A DNA stretch of 64,000 bases, taken from Squalus acanthias (taxonomy: Eukaryota). A model generated the notes under the pieces. It was not told the origin of the DNA, did no database searches, and was given only the letters and a program-made list of their open reading frames with translations. The translations under genes were made by a program, and so were the position numbers. Numbering within the stretch: the first letter of the stretch is position 1; every line of letters begins with the position of its first letter. Positions 1-11,062 of this stretch are shown here, one piece after another. The stretch lies in assembly GCA_030390025.1 (NCBI GenBank), contig CM059452.1:7564001-7628000 (forward strand). The letters run 5' to 3'.

Positions 1-205
1 TGTCCAATTACTGCAGGATCTCTTCAAACTCTTTCCTTGCCTGTCTGTGTGTGTCATTATCTCTCTCTATATATATGTCTATTTAACTCGGTGTCTCTAT
101 CTGAGTCACGGTTTCTCTCTCCCTCTCTCTCTCTGTCTTTTCCTTTCATTCTATCTCTGTCGCTCTCTAACTAAGGTGAAATGTGAAGAAATTCCAGAAG
201 TCGTT

Positions 206-1722
206 GGCCAGAAATTTGACTCGGAGGCTTGCCGCGGGGGTAAGGATCTTGCGCGATATCGCACTCCGCGCCGGCCGTTGTGTTTTGGGCCCACACGAAC
301 TTCTGGTCCTGGGCCTCTCCCTGGTGCCGGCGCGCAGTGTGTGCGTGTCCCAGGGGCGCAGTTTGCTCGATGCGACCTCTGGGCTCACGTGGGCCATGGA
401 GAGCCAATGGCAGCACACCATCTTTCATTCATAGATTTGACAAGAGAACTGTCAAAACTATGAAAACAAATTGCCCCCAAAAGAACAGCTAAACCTCAAA
501 TAAATTGTAAAAAAAACCCATCACATTAATAAAATAACTATAGTTAAATAAATTAACCACTTTAAATAAAAATTTAAATTTTTGAAAATTTTTTAATTCT
601 TTTTAAAAGTTATAAAAATAAACTTACCTTTCTTTAAAGTCTCTAAAAAAGATAAACCTGTTGAAACAAATTTAAAATAATACTTAATTAACTACTTACC
701 TTGTTAAAATGGGGTCTTCCGCCTCCTTTCTTAATGGCCCAGAAATTCGGCCGAATACGGGAGAGTACGCACTGTGCACTCACCCATATTCGGTCCCGAA
801 GTGCCGGTTTCCTGCATGCACTGCGCATGCGCGGGAAACCGGCACTTCCGATATTGCGAAGGGGGCGGTTCCTAAGTGAACCGCGTGCGCACTACAGGCT
901 GTGCGCACGCAGCACACTTAGGCTTTTTTTCAGGTTTGAACGCGAGGGTAAGTGTAGAAGATTTTACACATGAAAAAAGGAGGCGTAAGACCTCCTTTTA
1001 ACAAGGTAAGTAGTTAATTAAGTATTATTTTAAAAAAATTTCAACAGGTTTATCTTTTTTAGAGACTTTAAAGAAAGGTAAGTTTATTTTTATAACTTTT
1101 AAAAAGAATTAAAAAAATTTCAAAAATTTTAATTTTTGTTTAAAGTGGTTAATTTATTTAACTATAGTTATGGGTTTTTTTGAAATTTAATTGAGGTGTA
1201 GCTGTTCTTTTGTGGGCAAGTTGTATTCATAGGTTTGACAGTTCTTCTGTCAAAACTAAGAATGAAAGATGGTGTGCTGCCATTGGCTCTAACTGGCCCA
1301 CGTGATCCCAGAGGTCGCATCCAACTAACTGTGCCTCTGGGACACGCACACACTGCGCACCGGCAACAGGGAGAGGCCCAGGACCAGAAGTTCGTGTGGG
1401 CCCGAACCATAAAGGCAGGCGCGGTAGGTAAGATCGCGCACGATCCTTACCCCCGCGGCAACCATCGAAGTCTAATTTCTGGGCCCATGTGTAAAATATT
1501 CCATACTTACCCTCGCGTTGAAACCTGAAAAAAAACCTAAGTGTGCTGCGTGCGCACAGCCTGTAGTGCGCACGCGGTTCACTAAGGAGCCGCCCCATTC
1601 GCCATACCGGAAGTGCCGGTTTCCCGCGCATGCGCAGTGCATGCAGGAAACCGGCACTTCGGGACCGAATACGCGAGAGTACACAGTTCGTACTCTCCCG
1701 TATTCAGCCGAATTTTTGGGCC
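206..1722. mobile_element. Nested non-autonomous DNA transposon (MITE, PIF/Harbinger-like): inner copy 736-1485 inserted in opposite orientation into an outer copy 206-1722
   Basis: Termini GGCC(C)AGAAATT...AATTT(C/T)TGGGCC at 206/1722 and 736/1485; 206-730 is an inverted copy of 975-1485 and 736-970 of 1486-1722; outer flanks GTT/GTT, inner flanks AAT/CAT. Confidence 0.75.
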
Positions 1723-3599
1723 GTTGTGTCCAATTAATAGTTGCAATCTTAAGAATATGAATTACATTACACACACACCAACATTAACAAAAATACACAG
1801 AATGTTTGATATCTTTGGAGGTTAATGACTTATATTCAGTTGTACTTTGCTTGAGATGCAAGCTCTTTAACAAGTGATCAGAGAGCGCACTCCTGTGTCA
1901 GGTACAAGCCTCACACAGAGAATTGGAAGCAAGCACATGACCACAGACACTTGCACATAGACAGACATGCACTGAAACACACACAGACACACATACCAGA
2001 ATAAACACAGACGTGCACACAATGATTGATATCTTGTGGATGTTATTGATATATATTCAGTTGTGAATTGTTTGAGATGAATGAGAAACAGACTTGGTGC
2101 AAACTATTCTAAAATTGTATTCATTCCGTCTCTCAACAATGTGCCAAAATATTTCCAAACCAATCAGACAATTTCTGAATATCATGTGACAAGCTGCACC
2201 CGCTCATCCCTGAGTCACGGGTTGTATATTTGTCCTTTCTCGCTTCTCTTCCTGGACACAATCAGCACAGCCCCATCCCCGCGGTGCGATCTACTTGCTG
2301 CTGTCTTTAACTGATGAGTGCAGGTCCCTGAACGGATAAAGACATTAATCTCATATTGTTTGCGCAGCAACTCGTCCACATTCTGTTTTCAGATGCAGTG
2401 GGATCTAAATTCACTAGACAGGTGCAATCTGTGCGGTGGGGGCAGTAAAGGGAAATAGTTAATGTTGTTCTGGTATCAGTGCCGGAGGCTCCGATTAAAG
2501 AGCTGCTCACTGACCATTCGATCTACACACTGCCGATATAAAGGGGAATATAGACGGCCAGCGGGTCCTGAGGGACTTGAACACAACGATACGGTAAATT
2601 GTACAAACGCCACGTCTTATATGAATGAAATGGGGAATGACTGACATGTTTGAGCAGAATGGAAGGATGGGAGCAGCGGATAGGCTGAGTGATACTAAGG
2701 AGAGCTGGTCATTAAAATATTTACAACATCTCATTAATAATACTCTAATAATTCACAATAACATTAAAAAATAAAACAACGCTTCCATTTGAAATTAATG
2801 CCTTTATTTCTGAATCCCTTTATTAAATAAAGGAACTGAACGGTGTTGTCCGTCTGTAACACGCCCTCACACTGAAACCAACAGTGAACACATCCGCCCA
2901 CTGCCCTCTGGTGGCGAGTACCTGTAACTACAAGTACAAATCCCGCCGTGTTGCAGTTCACCAGATCACTGAGAATGAAGGAGGCCATTCGGCTTGTCTT
3001 GTCTCATCCATCCAGAGAGATCCTAACTCCCGCCCCTCACTGCAACCTCAAACTTTTCCTTAAACGATTCCAGGGTATTTCCCTCGGCCACTCTATCCAG
3101 ACGTATATTCCACACATTAATCACTCTGTGTGTGTGAAGAATTTCCTGGTGCCAGCACTAAAATGAGCTTTTATACATTGACCCCGTGTCCCCAGCTTCT
3201 AATTCCACAGCTCGTTTAAATAATATTGCGGGTTCGGTTTTAATGCTGATACTCCTCTTGGGGTCATTGCAGTCGGGCACTGGGATACGTTGTTACTTAA
3301 AACAGCTCCTGTGACCATCCCCTTCATCATTCCGCTTCAGAGAAAGGGCTCATTGCGAGAGAAAGTGAGCACCAGGCGACTATTTCCTTCTTCTCACTCC
3401 CTCTTCATCAGCCCCGCCCACAGCTTCTGTTTGCTGCTCTCGCTCTGACCCGCCTTGCGTGCCCTGTGTTATTGGAGGGATTGCTGCCGCTGTTCCCTGT
3501 TTGGCATTGGTTCGATCAGCAGTGCAGTGGGCGGGGATCTGTATTTCTGCTCCGACAGAGGATTTCCCGGACTGCAGAGTTACAGACTCTGGGTGAATC

Positions 3600-3912
3600 A
3601 TGTGGATCCGTCTCGCACCGCTCCTCATCATTATATCACTTCTCAGTAAGTATTTCCTCCCCAGTAAACATACATTCTCCCCGTGACTGCTGCAACCCAG
3701 GTGTTATTGTTGGTGAAATGGTGATGATGATGGTGGATCAACACACATTTCAACTTTTCTCCAATTTCCAACATGTTTTGAATCTGAATTGTCAACACTC
3801 GCTGGTCTGTCCTTTTCCTCTTTGAACATGTTTTTTCAGATCTGAATTATTGTGATTCTGTCAGTCAGACGCTGTCTTCAAGAGTTAAGACAGAAGAAAA
3901 AGCGGTGACTTG
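3600..3912 (+). pseudogene. Truncated TCR alpha/delta-type V pseudogene (leader 3600-3645, V exon fragment 3840-~3912)
   Basis: Leader MWIRLAPLLIIISLL + GTAAGT; acceptor ttttcag then DSVSQTLSSRVKTEEKAVT; similarity ends, no RSS; paralog of 7491-8079. Confidence 0.75.
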
Positions 3913-4041
3913 TGGAGTGTTCTGTTTTTTCGCCCTTTTCAGAAGGTCCCTGTGACTCTCACTGTGGAGGCTGAATTATCGATTCTGTTTATCGGTGTGA
4001 GAGCGCCCTCTGGTGATCACTAACTGGAACTCTCAGTGTGG

Positions 4042-4081
4042 GGTTTTTGTACGGGATCCGCTATATCTCTGCAGCAGTGTG
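4042..4081 (-). other. Recombination signal sequence (CACACTG-24 bp-ACAAAAACC)
   Basis: Directly abuts the V coding end; spacer counted as 24 nt. Confidence 0.9.
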
Positions 4082-4579
4082 GGGCTCATGGCACAGAAAT
4101 ATACGGCGGTGTCGGAGATCAGGGCTTTGCCGATCGTTAGCTCGGTAATCTTGCTGGTTTTATTAAACGTACAATTGAATCTGTCAGTGAAGTCGGTGTT
4201 CCGGTTTACATTCTCTCCGATAAGACGAAGCACGTACTGTGGGGGCTGCCCGGGGCGCTGACTGTACCAGAACACTGTAGGGCTAGGATGGCTTGTTTTC
4301 AAGGTGCAGGTTAGTGTGACATTGCTTTCCTCTTCAACCGTCATTTCAGGGACAGGCTGTTCCACTGTGTCTTGGTGGCTCCATTCTAAAATAAAATAGC
4401 AGTAATAGTCATCATCATCACGATCACCAACACTGTCATCTCAAGCAACGTAATCATCATCATTTCACCAACAATAGCACCTGGGTTACAGCAGTCGGGG
4501 AAGAATGGAGCTATACTGGGAGGAAATACTTACTGAGAAGTGATATAATGATAAGGAGCGGTGCGAGACGGTTCCACAT
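4082..4579 (-). CDS. TRAV/TRDV: TCR alpha/delta V segment, apparently intact (leader 4579-4534; V exon 4385-4082)
   Basis: Leader MWNRLAPLLIIISLL, phase-1 GT/AG intron, DTVEQ...TLTC...FWYSQ...DTAVYFCAMS followed by RSS. Confidence 0.9.
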
Positions 4580-5425
4580 GATGCTGCCTGAGTCTGTAAC
4601 TCTGCAGTCCGGGAAATCGTCTGTCGGAGCAGAAATACAGATCCGCTCCCCACTGCACTGCTGATCCAAGCAATGCCAAACAGGGAACAGCGACAGCAAT
4701 CTCTTCAATAACACCGGGCAGGCAAGGCGGGTCAGAGCGAGAGCAGCAAACGGAAGCTGTGGGCGGGGCTGCCGCGGGCGGTGTCACCACAAGATTTGTC
4801 TCTATAATTTCCAGTTGTTGACGGTAAGAAACATGTGACCACGGCGCCCTCTGCCGATGACTCTGAGAATTTTACACTGTCGGGAAAATCGGCAGAGTGA
4901 AGTGTGAGTTTATCGATGGGGCAGTTTCCAGAGACCTGTTATTGGGAGACAATGTGTATTGTTTCAGACAATTCAGCTTTGTAAATAGGGCGAAGGGAAA
5001 TGTGAATTAATTTAAAGGAAAATACATTTTAATTTATTTCTGAATCTGTTTCTTGCTTTCTCTTACCTTTTAGCTTTGTGTTTCTCACTCGTTATTTCTC
5101 ACTTTCTTTCATTTCACTTTCCCGCCTTTACTAATTTGCTGTCCTCTACACTCTCATTATTACACCGCTCTTTCTCTTTCGCTCTCTGATTCTTTCTTTG
5201 GTGTTTTCTCTTTCTTTCCCTCTGTTATGTTTCCAACTCTCTTCATTTCTCACTTACTTTAGCTCTCTCTCTTCAATATATCATCATTGTTCTGTGCTCA
5301 TTCCCTCTGCCCTCCGATTATTATAACCGGGCCCCTCCCAATCCCGTTACTCCAAAAACAGCAGAGCGGCGCTCCCCCTCGGGGCAGGTTTCTGTGCGGA
5401 CTCTCCGCCTGTTTGTTACACTGTG

Positions 5426-5759
5426 GGCTCACGGCGCAGAGATAGGTGGCGCTGTCTGTCACTCGCGCGTCTCGCACAGTCAGGGCACTGAGTTTATTGC
5501 CTCCCCCGATTGAAGCAGTGATCCTCCCGTGTTGATCGGCCCCGCTTGTGGCCATCACCAGGTGCTGGGGTGTCTGATCCGGGTGCTGTCTGTACCAGCG
5601 CAGGACGGTAAACGCAGCGGTAGCGGAGCAGTTGATGGACACGCTTCCCTCTTCACTAACAACCACCCGCCTCGGAAATTGCTTCACCTCATCTTCACCG
5701 CTCACATGCGTGCAGAGCAGAGTGTAAATCAGCAGAGAAACTCTGTAAATCCGGAGCAT
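5426..5759 (-). CDS. TRAV/TRDV: TCR alpha/delta-type V segment with leader and V in one exon, apparently intact
   Basis: MLRIYRVSLLIYTLLCTHVSG runs uninterrupted into EDEVKQ...INC...RWYRQ...DSATYLCAVS; RSS CACAGTG-23-ACAGAAACC at 5425-5387. Confidence 0.85.
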
Positions 5760-5940
5760 TTTCCGATCAGATGAAAAGGAGGCTGAAAGAAATGTACACA
5801 GAGGTCGGGTTGGAACCAGGACACGGATAATATATTCAGGATAATTAACAAGGAGCCAAACTCCGATTCATGTCCAACTCAGAGGCTTCTTCCTGTCGAG
5901 TAAACAAAACAAGCTGCATCTTGGGGTTTACTTAGTGTGA

Positions 5941-6190
5941 CTCACTGACACCAGCTCACACTGTCTCTGAGCTCACACCGGGCCGCCCACACTCAGTGTT
6001 TCTCACTGACACCAGCTCACACTGTCTCTGAGCTCCCACCGGGCCGCGCAAACTCAGTGTTTCTCACTGACACCAGCTCACACTGTCTCTGAGCTCACAC
6101 CGGGCCGCGCAAACTCAGTGTTTCTCACTGACACCAGCTCACAATGTCTCTGAGCTCGCACCGGGCCGCGCCAACTCAGTGTTTCTCACC
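5941..6190. repeat. 61-bp tandem repeat x4 upstream of the intronless V gene
   Basis: CTCACTGACACCAGCTCACACTGTCTCTGAGCTC... recurs at 5941, 6002, 6063, 6124. Confidence 0.9.
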
Positions 6191-7490
6191 GTTTCACCCT
6201 ATTATCAGGTGGCCTGTACTGGTAATTTCGAGGTGCAATTTTGACTCGAATTCCCGATCATTTGCACTGCACAAGATAGTTACAAGTGAGAACGGTTATT
6301 CGCTCCCGCTAGGGATGACTGCGTCACTCAGAGCGATCCCAGCTCTCGACGTCCATTGTAGCATCCAACGATTCCAGTATATTTTCCTCCCACATTCTAA
6401 ATGAAAATTTATGCCACACATTGATCACTGTGTATGTGAAGAGGAATTTCCTGATACCAGTTATAAAATGTCCCTTTATAATTTTAACCCGTGTTCTTTC
6501 CCAGAAGGATGGAGTGGGAATATTTTATACTAATATTTACAACATATTAATAATAATAATAACATTGATAAATCATAATGAAAATGGATAATAAGCCACA
6601 TAAACACTGATAGTAATTTCAAAATAATGCCCCTATTTCCGAATCTGCTTCTTTAATCCCTTCAATAAAGTTACTGAACAATGTTCTCAGGCTGTAAATC
6701 GCCTCGATACTGAAACCAACACAGTGAACACATCCTCGCACTGCCCTCTGGTGGCGACTGCCTGTAACTACAAAATACAAGTCCTGCCCTGTTCCAGTTC
6801 ACAAGATCATTCTGAATGAGGGAAGCCATTCGGCCCGTATTGTCCCATCCATCCAGAGAGAGACTATCACTCGGCCCGAATGTTGCCTCAAACTTTTCCT
6901 CAAAAAATTCCAGGATATGTTCCTCCACCACTGTATTCGGAAACTTATTCCATACATTCACAAATTTCTGCGTGTGAAGAAGATATTGTGCTATAATTAC
7001 ATTTTATACTTTGAACCCGTGCTTCCCTTTTCTACTGCAAACAGTTCAATTTAAAGTAATATTGCGGGATATGGTTTTAATACATCAACTGTGTGATACT
7101 TCTCTAGATGTCATTACAGTCAGGCACTGGGATACGGTGCTGATTAAAACTCTCGCACATCCGCGAGCAATCACAATCGCTCGGTTTTTTGGAATTGATT
7201 ATTTCAAAGAAAGAAGAAAGGGAACATTGTGAGAGAAAGTGAGGACAGCGCGAGAATTCCTCACAGGTGGATCCTACGTGTGACATCACTTCCCGCGGCA
7301 GCCCCGTCCACAGCTACCGTTTGTTGCTCTCGCTCTGACCCGCCTTGCCTGCCCTGTGTTATTGGACAGATTGCTGCCGCGGTTCCCTGTTTGGCATTGG
7401 TTGGATCGGCAGTGCAGTGGGGCGGGGATCTGTGTTAATGTTTCGACAGAGGATTTCCCAGACTGCAGAGTTACAGACTTAGGGAGCATC

Positions 7491-8079
7491 ATGCGGAACC
7501 ATCTCGCACCGCTCCTCATCATTATATCACTTCTCAGTAAGTATTTCCTCCCCAGTAAACATCCATTCTCCCCCTGACTGCTGTAGCCCAGATGTTGTTA
7601 TTAGTGAAATGATGACAATGATGGTGAATTAGACACATTTCAGCTTTATTCTCTTTTCTATTATGTTTTTAATCTGAATTTTAAACACCCGCCGGTCTGA
7701 TCTTTTCCTGTTTGAAAATGTTTTTCAGATCTGAGTCTTGGAGATTCTGTCACTCAGCCGCTGTCCTCAGGAGTTCAGACAGAAGGAGAAGCGGTGACTT
7801 TAAACTGTACCTATGATACTACATGGAGCGGGTGAGGCTATAATTTGTACTTGTACCGGCAACACCCTGGAGCACAGCCCGAGTTTATACTGATGAAATA
7901 CTCGAGCGGTTCTGAAGATAAAGCACATTTTGCCCCAACCCGATTTTCAGCACAACTCGACAGCTCCACTAAATTCACAGTTTAACCATCTCGGGGCTGC
8001 AGCTGACCGAAACTGCAGTTTATTACTGTGCCCTGGGACTCACAGTGATGGAAACCCGTTAAACGCTCGTACATAAACT
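7491..8079 (+). pseudogene. TCR V pseudogene (leader 7491-7536, V exon 7729-8040, RSS 8041-8079)
   Basis: DSVTQ...TLNCTYDTTWSG then in-frame TGA; conserved Trp lost; 1-nt deletion in FR3; RSS CACAGTG-23-ACATAAACT. Confidence 0.88.
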
Positions 8080-8539
8080 CCCCATTTCATTCATATAAAA
8101 GGTTGCGTTTGTCTAATTTACCGCATCGTTGTGTTCAAATCCTCAGGATCAACTGGCCGTCTCTACCTCCCTTTATATCGGCTGTGGGTAGTTCTAATGG
8201 TCAGTGAGCAGCTCTTTTAATGGGAGCCTCCGGCACTGCTGCCAGAACAATATTAAAAAATTCCTTTCACTGGCCCCACCTCACAGACTGAAACTTTTAA
8301 TGGGCCAACATTGGGTTTAATCCCCGTCCAGTTCTCTGTTGTGAGGAGAACAAATGAGCTGTGAGCTGATTGGATAAATTGGACAACAAAGGAACCGTGA
8401 CGTAATTGGATATCTCCTGCTCACTCTGTCAGGAATGAACCAATCGGCAGAGAGGCCGGATATGAGTCAACATCATCCCAACTGTTGACTAAAACAATTT
8501 CAGGTTCAACCCGTCATCCGACATGAACTCTCTGCAAAC

Positions 8540-8591
8540 ATGTTGGCTGTTACATTTTATTTATTCGTCACAGCTGCAGCTCTCTTAACTG
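8540..8591 (+). other. Orphan TCR V leader exon with promoter
   Basis: MLAVTFYLFVTAAALLT + GTAAGT; this exon and its upstream region match 37610-38125, but the cognate V exon is absent. Confidence 0.75.
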
Positions 8592-8963
8592 GTAAGTTCG
8601 CAAATTACACGACATTGTGTTTCACGTCTGTATCATACATTATATTTAATCGGTCAGTTCCCGGAACACAAGGTTATCAATAGATTGACACGAAGTGAAG
8701 AAAACCATCCGGTTCCACCTTGATTCAACACTGAACACTGTTTAGGGGCACTCGACAATCTCCCCCAATGAATGAAAGCGGATGAATTGAGGTGAGATTA
8801 CAGGTGAATGGCAGACAGACCCGATCCGTCCCGCCGCAGCCAATGACGGACTTTGACAGACACACGAGTCTTAAACCCACAGACCGTTTGGAGTTTTCCC
8901 TTCACATCACAAGAGGTGAAGGTGAGGAACTGATCCCGATCACAGCCCCTGAGCTGTGGGGAA

Positions 8964-9395
8964 ATGTATTTCTGTTTAACTGCCCTGATTTACTTCGCAG
9001 GTAAGTGTTGGGGGTGACGGGCTGATTCTGGGGGATAGACACAGTGAAGTGACGCTGTTTAATTTAATATCGCTCTTGCATCTTGCAGGATATTGTCAAG
9101 GAGATTCAGTTTCACAGACACCGGCTGCAAACACAGTCAGTGAAGGAGACGATGTTCAGTTGCATTGTAATTATACAGCTACAAGCACCAGCACTACTTA
9201 CCTATACTGGTACCGTCAGTATCCCAGCGGATCCATGGAGTTTCTGCTGCAGAGAAACAGATACAGCAAGAACGAAGGGAAAGTTCCAGTGGTCCGTTTT
9301 TCAGCTCAGGTCGATGATCGAAGCCGAACCGTCGCGCTGAATGTGTCTGAAACACAACTGACAGACTCCGCGGTGTATTACTGCGCACTGAGCCC
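8964..9395 (+). CDS. TRAV/TRDV: TCR alpha/delta V segment, apparently intact (leader 8964-9000; V exon 9089-9395)
   Basis: MYFCLTALIYFA|GYCQGDSVSQ...LHC...YWYRQ...DSAVYYCALS; RSS CACAGAG-23-ACAAAAACT at 9396-9434. Confidence 0.92.
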
Positions 9396-9559
9396 CACAG
9401 AGACACGGAGCTGGGCTGGACCTGTACAAAAACTGTCAGAGAGTCGCTCAACATATCAGCTCGTCAGGGGAACATTGTGATCAGGGGCGAGTCTCAGCTG
9501 GTCCCTGTGTTTCTAATTAGATATTGTGCTGTTAATTCTAATATATAGGTATCTTTATT

Positions 9560-9810
9560 CCTGCAATTTTTCTCTTTTTAAGGATTTATCTAATTCCCCT
9601 TTGAATGTTATGATTGAATCTGCTTCCACCGCCCTTTCAGGCAGTGAATTCCAGATCACAACAACTCACTGAGTAAAAAATCAAATCTCCTCATCTTCTC
9701 GCTGATTCTTTTGCCCAGTATCTTCAATGTGTTTGTCCTCTGGGTACCGAACCTGCTGCCAGTGGAAACAGTTTCTCCTTATTTACTTCATCAAAACTCT
9801 CCATATATTT
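9560..9810 (-). mobile_element. CR1-type LINE fragment
   Basis: Similar to the reverse complement of the 3' part of other CR1 copies in the window (gaatctgcttccacc...ggcagtg...ccagatc...acaact). Confidence 0.6.
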
Positions 9811-9955
9811 CTGTTTGGATACAGTCACTCTGAGAACTCCTATTCCGAAATGCTATCCCGCTTTTGTTGTGTGAGCGACAATCTCACCGCCTGTTGGGAT
9901 TTATTACTGACAGTTATTGGAACTTTATCTAAACGTTTCCCTCTCTGTCCTTTAG

Positions 9956-10301
9956 ACGGCGTCTTTGGATGGATCGCCCATTGGCCAATGGAAGAGGTGA
10001 CCGCTCAGGAGGGAGAGATCGCGACAATAACCTGCTCCTATACAGAGGTGACGAGAGTTTGCCTGTCCTGGTAGCAGGAGGGTCGGTCCGTGGGCGCGGA
10101 GAATATCCTCATCCACTGCACCGACCGGTTCAGTGACGATGCGAACTTTGCAAGACGGCGCTTCACCTCATCTTTGGCCAAAACTTACAGAGCCGTCAGT
10201 TTAAGGGTTTCACAGCTGACAGCTGCGGATTCCAGGAAACACTTCTGGGTCATAACACCTCACACGGTGCTGTATTTAGAGCATGAGCCGACAGATAAAC
10301 T
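9956..10301 (+). pseudogene. Degenerate TCR V pseudogene with RSS
   Basis: EGEIATITCSY...W-stop...RFTSSL...SLRVSQLTAADS; second Cys lost; RSS CACGGTG-23-AGATAAACT at 10263-10301. Confidence 0.75.
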
Positions 10302-10602
10302 ACAGGTGCTCTGGCGCGGCAGACTGTGACAGTGAACTCTCTGGTTTATTGTATCTCATGGTCCAATGTCACTGTGTAGTCCGACGGAGGACAACAATTC
10401 TTCCATCCAAAATGCTTTCTGAACGTGTCATAAAGAGACAGACAGTCAGACAGAACATTGTGTGGGCGGATGATGTTGTTATTGTTGACAACAGATTGAA
10501 AATATTTGGAAAGTCCCTGGACTCCCAAATCCATTTGATCCTCCACAAGAATCTGAGTCAACAACACTTTCTACAGAAAATTCCATATTCTCACCTCCCT
10601 TT

Positions 10603-11062
10603 TAAAGAAAGAAAGACTTGCATTTATATAGCGCCTTTCACGACCACCGGACGTCCCAAAGCGCTTTACAGCCAATGAAGTACTTTTTGAAGTGTAGTCA
10701 CTGTTGTAATGTAGGAAACGCGGCAGCCAATTTGCGCACAGCAAGCTCCCACAAACAGCAACATAATAATGACCACATAATCTGTTTTACTAATGTTGCT
10801 TGAGGGATAAATATTGACCAATGTAACTCCTCTGCTCTTTTTCGAAATATTGGGATTCATTACGTCCTCCTGAGTGGTCAGACAGGGCCTCGGTTTAACA
10901 TCTCATCCGAAAGACTACACCTCCGACAGTGCAGCACTCCCTCAGTACTGACATCGGAAGGGTGCGCCTAGATTTTGTGCTCAAGTCTCTGGAGTGTGAC
11001 TTGAACCCACAATGTTCTGACTCAGAGGCGAGAGTGCTGCCAACTGAGCCAAGGATGACCCC
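10603..11062 (-). mobile_element. tRNA-derived SINE (Deu-domain/SacSINE-like)
   Basis: Minus-strand head with A/B-box-like tggctcagttgg...gggttcaagtc; tail aaagacttgcatttatatagcgcc shared with copies at 25000, 58830 and 61280. Confidence 0.7.

Noticed and set aside
47-1825. Many overlapping short ORFs
   Set aside because: They lie in the non-coding MITE nest and show no recognisable protein motifs
3400-3600. ~250-bp dispersed repeat (also 4580, 7290, 21205, 27720, 32615) as a SINE
   Set aside because: Always directly upstream of the same leader exon; it is the duplicated V promoter/5' UTR
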